Assembly (NCBI GenBank): GCA_964631415.1
Contig: CAZVZC010000009.1
Location: 2,196-53,946, forward strand
DNA from: an uncultured archaeon
GTDB lineage: Archaea > Asgardarchaeota > Thorarchaeia > Thorarchaeales > Thorarchaeaceae
Length of the DNA stretch: 51,751 nt
Reading direction: 5' to 3'
This document shows, in pieces, positions 46,850 through 51,751 of the stretch (position 1 is the stretch's first letter; each line of letters begins with the position of its first letter). A model generated the notes under the pieces. It had not been told where the DNA came from. It was given only the letters and a program-made list of their open reading frames with translations, and did no database searches. Position numbers and translations under genes: made by a program.

Positions 46850-47767
46850 TTGATTAGGGCTGCGGATGTTTCCAAGCGTTTCGGTGATGTCTTGGCTGTG
46901 GACGATGTTAGTCTTGAGATTCCACCCGGGACCATCCTTGGTATGATTGGCCCGAATGGGGCAGGCAAGACGACACTGGTGCGAATGATGGTTGGCATAC
47001 TCAAGCCTACCTCAGGTGCGTGCTACATCTCGGACAAAAGATCGGACTTGCTTTCTCCTGAAGAGCGGGCCAAGGTCGGGTACATGACCCAGCAGAAGGC
47101 TCTCTATCCTGATCTGACTGCACGGGAGAACCTTGAGTTCTTTGCTGATGCATATGGTGTGTCGGATTTGCACAAGAGGAGCGAGGCCGTGGCCAGAGTG
47201 GCAGAGCTCACTCGCATCACGGAGTACCTTGATCGTCCCGTTGAGGTCTTGAGTGGGGGCACTGTGCAAAGGCTCAGCTTAGCCTGCACGATTGTCCATG
47301 ATCCCGAGTTAATCTTCCTCGACGAGCCCACAGTTGGCATCAGTCCCCATCTGCGTGCTGAGTTCTGGGACTACTTTCAAGGGCTCGCCCGTCAGGGACG
47401 GACGATTATCATGACAACTCACTACCTTGAGGAGGCCTCTCGATGCGACACCGTGGCCATGATACTTCAAGGCCGATTGATAGGACTTGGGTCTCCGAAT
47501 GAACTCACCTCTTCTCTACCGCTTGAGCGCACCATTTCCGGTGAGGTGAACCCCGAAGACTCGCCTCGCCTCAAGCAGGCTCTAGATGGGATCGCAGCGA
47601 GTGAGGTCACAGGGATCCACTTCAGAATCAGAACGGAGAGCGATGAAATGCTTCTCCGTGCCTTTGGAGTCATATCCGCGTCAGGGGTGCACGCCCGAAA
47701 GATAATGGTTCAGCAGCCGGGTCTGGAGGAGGCGTTCTCATATCTTGCGGGGAGGGAGGGCCAATGA
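46850..47767 (+). CDS. ABC-2 type exporter ATP-binding subunit
   Basis: GPNGAGKT; LSGG; IFLDEPT; TTHYLEEA; C-terminal PGLEEAF. Confidence 0.93.
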   Translation: MIRAADVSKRFGDVLAVDDVSLEIPPGTILGMIGPNGAGKTTLVRMMVGILKPTSGACYISDKRSDLLSPEERAKVGYMTQQKALYPDLTARENLEFFADAYGVSDLHKRSEAVARVAELTRITEYLDRPVEVLSGGTVQRLSLACTIVHDPELIFLDEPTVGISPHLRAEFWDYFQGLARQGRTIIMTTHYLEEASRCDTVAMILQGRLIGLGSPNELTSSLPLERTISGEVNPEDSPRLKQALDGIAASEVTGIHFRIRTESDEMLLRAFGVISASGVHARKIMVQQPGLEEAFSYLAGREGQ

Positions 47768-49248
47768 GTAGAAGTCTCGACGCGCACAGGGTTCGCACTA
47801 TGGTGCAACGGATTGCTCGTCAGATACGGCGAGACCGGCGTACTCTGGGGTTGATGATAATTGCCCCTCTCATTGTCACTTTCATCTTTGCCCTCATGTT
47901 CACTGGCAAGGTGACAAATGTGCCCACAGCAGCATGCATACTGGACCAGCCATGGGGGACAACACTGGGGGATACTATCACTGCACAGCTAGATGAGAAT
48001 CAGAACGTGTCAGTCATCCAGAGATCCAGGGCCAATGCTTTCGATGGCTTCGGTGAGGACGTGCAGGCCGTCTTGATAATGCCGCCTACTCTCACAGCTG
48101 CCTTCATCACGGGTGAGAATGTTAGTCTAAGCCTACACATCAATGTCACTATCCAACCTCAGGCCACCTTCATAATGGGTGTGGTGGCCAACGCAACTAC
48201 TGACGGACTGTCCCAACTCCTCGGCAGGAGCGGTCTCACGATTGATCGTAATGTCACTGTCCAGTTTCCTTCACCACCCATTGGTGGCGATCTCTCCTTC
48301 AATATCTCACTCGTAAATGAAGACGAAGGTTTCACCACCGTGATTGGGTCACTGGTCGAAGAGAACCTGGCGGATGATGGAAACGTGTCACTGATTTCCT
48401 GCGCAAGTCGTGAAGCGATAATTGAGTCGATTCGCCAAGAAAGAAGCGTTGGAGGTGTTTACGTTGCTGAGGACTTCACCACCATGATACTCACTGGTGG
48501 AGAGCCGACCATTGAGGTCTTTGTAAACGGGATTGAGAGCACAGAAGCAAGCATCGCTCTGTCGGCTATTCAAAAGGCTCTTGCAGATGCCACCAAGTCT
48601 GCAGTTGGCAAGGGCACTGAAGTCACCGTCACCTATGTGTATGGCAGTGCCGGAATGTCCATGATTGAGCTGGCGGGGCCGTCGGTTATTGGCTTCTTCG
48701 CCCTCTTCTTTGGCTTCATCATCTCTGGAGTCTTCTTCTTGCGAGAGAGGCAACAGGGCACTCTCGAGAGAATGCGTGCTTCACCTCTTAATGAAACTGA
48801 GATAGTGATAGGCTATGTCATCGCGTTTATCGCCGTTTCTATTGTTCAAACAACAATCATCAGCGTCGTCATAGTCTACTTCTCACCAAACATGTTGTCT
48901 GCGATGGGGCTCCTCATCCCATTGGTGCTCTTGTTGGTCATGGGGTCTGTAACATTGGCAATCGCGGCATCTTACAGGATGAGGACTGAGCTCCAGGTCA
49001 TACAGATGATACCAATCTACATTATTCCTCAGATATTCCTCTGTGGGATTTTCTTCCCGGCTTCTCTACTGCCTTCCTACCTTGGCTTCCTGCCGTATCT
49101 GTTTCCACTGACATACTACGTGATGGCAGTCAAGGCCGTGGTGTTCTTTGGCGCAACACTCATCGACATAGCGATTCCAATCGGGGTTTTGACGCTGTTC
49201 GCTATCTTGGGACTCGGACTGGCTGTGGCTCGTCGCCCAGAGAGATGA
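47764..49248 (+). CDS. ABC-2 exporter permease with duplicated extracytoplasmic domain
   Basis: RQIRRDRRTL; RERQQGTLERMRASP; PQIFLCGIFFP; PLTYY; ATGA overlap with the ATPase. Confidence 0.9.
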   Translation: MSRSLDAHRVRTMVQRIARQIRRDRRTLGLMIIAPLIVTFIFALMFTGKVTNVPTAACILDQPWGTTLGDTITAQLDENQNVSVIQRSRANAFDGFGEDVQAVLIMPPTLTAAFITGENVSLSLHINVTIQPQATFIMGVVANATTDGLSQLLGRSGLTIDRNVTVQFPSPPIGGDLSFNISLVNEDEGFTTVIGSLVEENLADDGNVSLISCASREAIIESIRQERSVGGVYVAEDFTTMILTGGEPTIEVFVNGIESTEASIALSAIQKALADATKSAVGKGTEVTVTYVYGSAGMSMIELAGPSVIGFFALFFGFIISGVFFLRERQQGTLERMRASPLNETEIVIGYVIAFIAVSIVQTTIISVVIVYFSPNMLSAMGLLIPLVLLLVMGSVTLAIAASYRMRTELQVIQMIPIYIIPQIFLCGIFFPASLLPSYLGFLPYLFPLTYYVMAVKAVVFFGATLIDIAIPIGVLTLFAILGLGLAVARRPER

Positions 49249-49304
49249 TATTGCACTGGATGCCAATGTAGGAAGACATGGTTGAAGCGCAGAGGAACGC
49301 TGAT

Positions 49305-50144
49305 CTAGCCCTTTGCAGGTGAACCTATGGCACGGATCCCCCGTGCGGGCCCAGCAACCTCTGGGTCTCCCTGAACCATGCGGTATGAAGAAGACACCTC
49401 CTCAAAGCCGAGTTCGTTCAGCAACTCAACAGTCGTCGAGTCCCGCTCGAGAACTCCCATTCTGAGGGCCTTTCCACCCGATTGAGCTGCCAGCTCTCCC
49501 AATAGATCTTCTCCCCGATGAGCACCTTCGTTCACAATCCAAGGTGCGACTCTTACGAAGTCGTTCCTCGGACTACCCATCACGTATCCTTGGATAGTCT
49601 TGCCGACGTGAAGCGTCTTGCAGAACTCCGGGAATAGGCTCCATGTCCGCTTGAGGAAGTGTGATCGATCAGCACCAAAGTGCGCTCGGTCAATCGCCAA
49701 GACAGTAGACAGGTCTCTTTTGGTCCCCGACCGCACATTATCTGTCCTCCTTGCTTCGACCACCCCCTTCATCCTGAGTGAACGGCAGACAGTGCTGAAA
49801 CCGAGTCTCCTATACACTGGAATAGCTGCTTCGACAGCATCCAGCATCAGTGTCTTGACTCCCAGCCCCCGAAGGTGTCCGATTGCGTGCTTCATGAGAT
49901 TTGTGCCATGGCCCTTGTTCCTACAGTCCCTGACAACAATGAGAGAGCCGATGAAACCGAGCTTACCGTAAGAAACCGCACTGACCATCCCGACTCTTCT
50001 GCCATCCTCCTCGCCTACAAACGCTGCAGTTGGCGAGTATGAAATCAAGCTCTCAAAATCGCTCCTGATGTCGGACCATCCTTCTCCTGAGGTCAGGCTC
50101 AGGGCGAAGTCGGTGTCGTCAATGCTCATTTTCCTGACAATCAT
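49305..50144 (-). CDS. Tandem GNAT acetyltransferase (YitH-like)
   Basis: FIGSLIV...RNKGHG; LDA; YRRLGF; DRAHFGADRS; VAPW. Confidence 0.85.
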   Translation of the reverse strand: MIVRKMSIDDTDFALSLTSGEGWSDIRSDFESLISYSPTAAFVGEEDGRRVGMVSAVSYGKLGFIGSLIVVRDCRNKGHGTNLMKHAIGHLRGLGVKTLMLDAVEAAIPVYRRLGFSTVCRSLRMKGVVEARRTDNVRSGTKRDLSTVLAIDRAHFGADRSHFLKRTWSLFPEFCKTLHVGKTIQGYVMGSPRNDFVRVAPWIVNEGAHRGEDLLGELAAQSGGKALRMGVLERDSTTVELLNELGFEEVSSSYRMVQGDPEVAGPARGIRAIGSPAKG

Positions 50145-50249
50145 TGCTGCCAGTCCCAGCTGTTCTTGTACTCAAGGTTTATCCGCAGTGTTAATAGCGG
50201 CTCTCGAGCTTAGTAGACTCTCGGTCATTACGTTGCTGGTGACACTGTA

Positions 50250-51751
50250 TTGGACAAATCAACCACACGTTTTCAGCAGTCATTCATGCGCCTGTTCGAG
50301 CGTGAGAGAACTGGTTCCACTGCTCATTCATCTTGCCTTAATGAGTCAAGGCACAGTCTGCTTCGCAGACTTCTTGCAGAGGATTTGCCGAGTATAGTGT
50401 CCAATGCGTTCGCTTCGTGTCCATCTCTCTCCACTGAGCTCAGCGATGCGATTCTCAACGATGTCCTCAGATTCTTCTCACTCTTCTATCGTGATGGCGT
50501 TCTTGTTCCTCCAATGGAACCGGAATCAGTCAGCACCCACGCAGACAGCGAAGGTGTCAGATTCACCTGGCGTGACAGGGACCAGTACTACGTTGATGAT
50601 GCGACAGACTCAATGATTCACAAATGCTTGAAGGCGGCTCTTCTTCGGGAGCTAGACGTCTTCATTGGAAAGGATCTCTCAAGTCTCGGAAGCCAAGCGG
50701 ATTCCTCTGTGCCTCTCGTGGATGCTCTCGGTCGCTGCGGGATTGCTCGGGATATATGCTCAAGAATAATCGACCGTGTGGCCCAAGTCGAAGAACTGTA
50801 CAAGACTCTTTTTGAGAAGAAGAAACTCGTACTCAGAACAGAATACTGCGTCACAACAAACTGGATTCCCGAGCAAATGTGGGACGAGGTCCTTGGCAAC
50901 GCTTCTCAGATTGAGGAGTGGCGTCGCCTGTACATGCTTGAGGATCTTCTGAGTGACGGGGTCACTCTGAATCATGATTTTCTGCGTCGCAATGGCTCCC
51001 TCGTCGTTGACACGAGACATTTCCCAGAGGACTTCAAGAGCAGGCTGCTGAACTTGCTTGATGACCTGGACGAGCACATCGATGGTGTTGTGGTCAAGAG
51101 CGAGAACCTACAAGCTCTCAACACTCTCTTAGAGAAATATCGTGGGCGTGTGAAATGCATCTACATCGATCCCCCCTACAATACTCGCAGCAAGAGCTTC
51201 GTCTACAAGGACAGATACGAGCCATCCCACTGGTTGTCAATGATGGCCGATAGGTTGCGCTTGGCCCGAGAGTGGTTGGCGGAAGACGGTCTTATCTTCG
51301 TGAGTATCGATGACAACCAGCTCTTTCACCTGAAGTTGCTGATGGATATGGTGTTTGGACCCGAGAACAGCGTTTCGATGATATGTCACCAGCATCGGAA
51401 GTCTGTTTCGAATGACCTCATCATTTCACCCAACCACAATGCGATACTCCTCTACGCAAAGAACAAACAATCCGTCTTTGAGAAGAGATTCTCCTTCAGG
51501 GTGCCTATCGATGACGTTGCAGCGGCCGAGTTCAAGAATGACGATGGTGACGGCAGAGGCCCCTACAAGTGGGTTCCCACAGACGGTCCCGGCGGCGCGC
51601 GCAAAGGCAATCCCTACTATGAGTTCATGGGCGCGGCCGGTCACTTCCGCTATTCCAAGGAAACTATGCAGAAACTCCGAGACAAAGGAGAGCTCAAGGT
51701 CACTGGCGGAAACATTCAACGGAAGCACTACCTCAAAGATGCCAGAGGCCG
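50250..51751 (+). CDS. mod: Type III R-M Mod-like adenine DNA methyltransferase, 3' end off window
   Basis: Not in the ORF track; hand translation from TTG 50250 (after GGTGA): ...VDTRHF...KSENLQAL...VKCIYIDPPYNT...YKD...WLSMMADRL...IFVSIDDN. The frame stays open to the edge. Confidence 0.88.
   Translation, partial: MDKSTTRFQQSFMRLFERERTGSTAHSSCLNESRHSLLRRLLAEDLPSIVSNAFASCPSLSTELSDAILNDVLRFFSLFYRDGVLVPPMEPESVSTHADSEGVRFTWRDRDQYYVDDATDSMIHKCLKAALLRELDVFIGKDLSSLGSQADSSVPLVDALGRCGIARDICSRIIDRVAQVEELYKTLFEKKKLVLRTEYCVTTNWIPEQMWDEVLGNASQIEEWRRLYMLEDLLSDGVTLNHDFLRRNGSLVVDTRHFPEDFKSRLLNLLDDLDEHIDGVVVKSENLQALNTLLEKYRGRVKCIYIDPPYNTRSKSFVYKDRYEPSHWLSMMADRLRLAREWLAEDGLIFVSIDDNQLFHLKLLMDMVFGPENSVSMICHQHRKSVSNDLIISPNHNAILLYAKNKQSVFEKRFSFRVPIDDVAAAEFKNDDGDGRGPYKWVPTDGPGGARKGNPYYEFMGAAGHFRYSKETMQKLRDKGELKVTGGNIQRKHYLKDARG

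Noticed and set aside
292-51728. Numerous 60-190 aa ORFs antisense or out of frame to the called genes
   Set aside because: Shadow ORFs: they overlap well-supported genes and show no recognisable motifs.
1-51751. CRISPR array, rRNA or IS elements
   Set aside because: No regularly spaced nucleotide repeats, rRNA signatures or transposase motifs were seen; the repeats in the giant gene are protein-level only.

Overview
Gene-dense archaeal chromosomal segment, most likely from an Asgard archaeon (Thorarchaeia-like). This is an inference from two tandem profilin-like genes, eL38, and archaeal information-processing gene order. About 1-27 kb is mostly housekeeping: SepF, aCPSF1/FttA-psmB, FKBP, hemK2-rsmA-DUF655-rpo4-rpl21e-pus10, GGR, pth2-truD, NusA-like, Alba, a second beta-CASP nuclease, rpl38e, rpl40e, sucCD, PAC2, NIP7, an NSUN-type m5C methylase, thrC, CYTH and HD. 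It also holds two unusual Hel308/Ski2-like helicase paralogs (one with an N-terminal wHTH, one apparently ATPase-dead with an inserted SWIM zinc finger) and a tRNA-Val(CAC) with two non-canonical introns that the ORF track cannot show. About 27.4-39.6 kb is a six-gene MoxR/vWA(DUF58)/DUF4350/DUF4129 operon led by a 2171-aa surface protein with a triad-less transglutaminase-like domain and about 16 Ig/MG2-like repeats. The right end is accessory-like: OPT transporter, DUF167, two profilins, a wHTH regulator facing an unannotated 35-aa ORF, a Trm112-fused methyltransferase, TrmB, an ABC-2 exporter, a GNAT, and a partial Type III Mod methyltransferase. No CRISPR array, rRNA or transposase was recognised. 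All assignments come from motif reading by eye; no searches were run.
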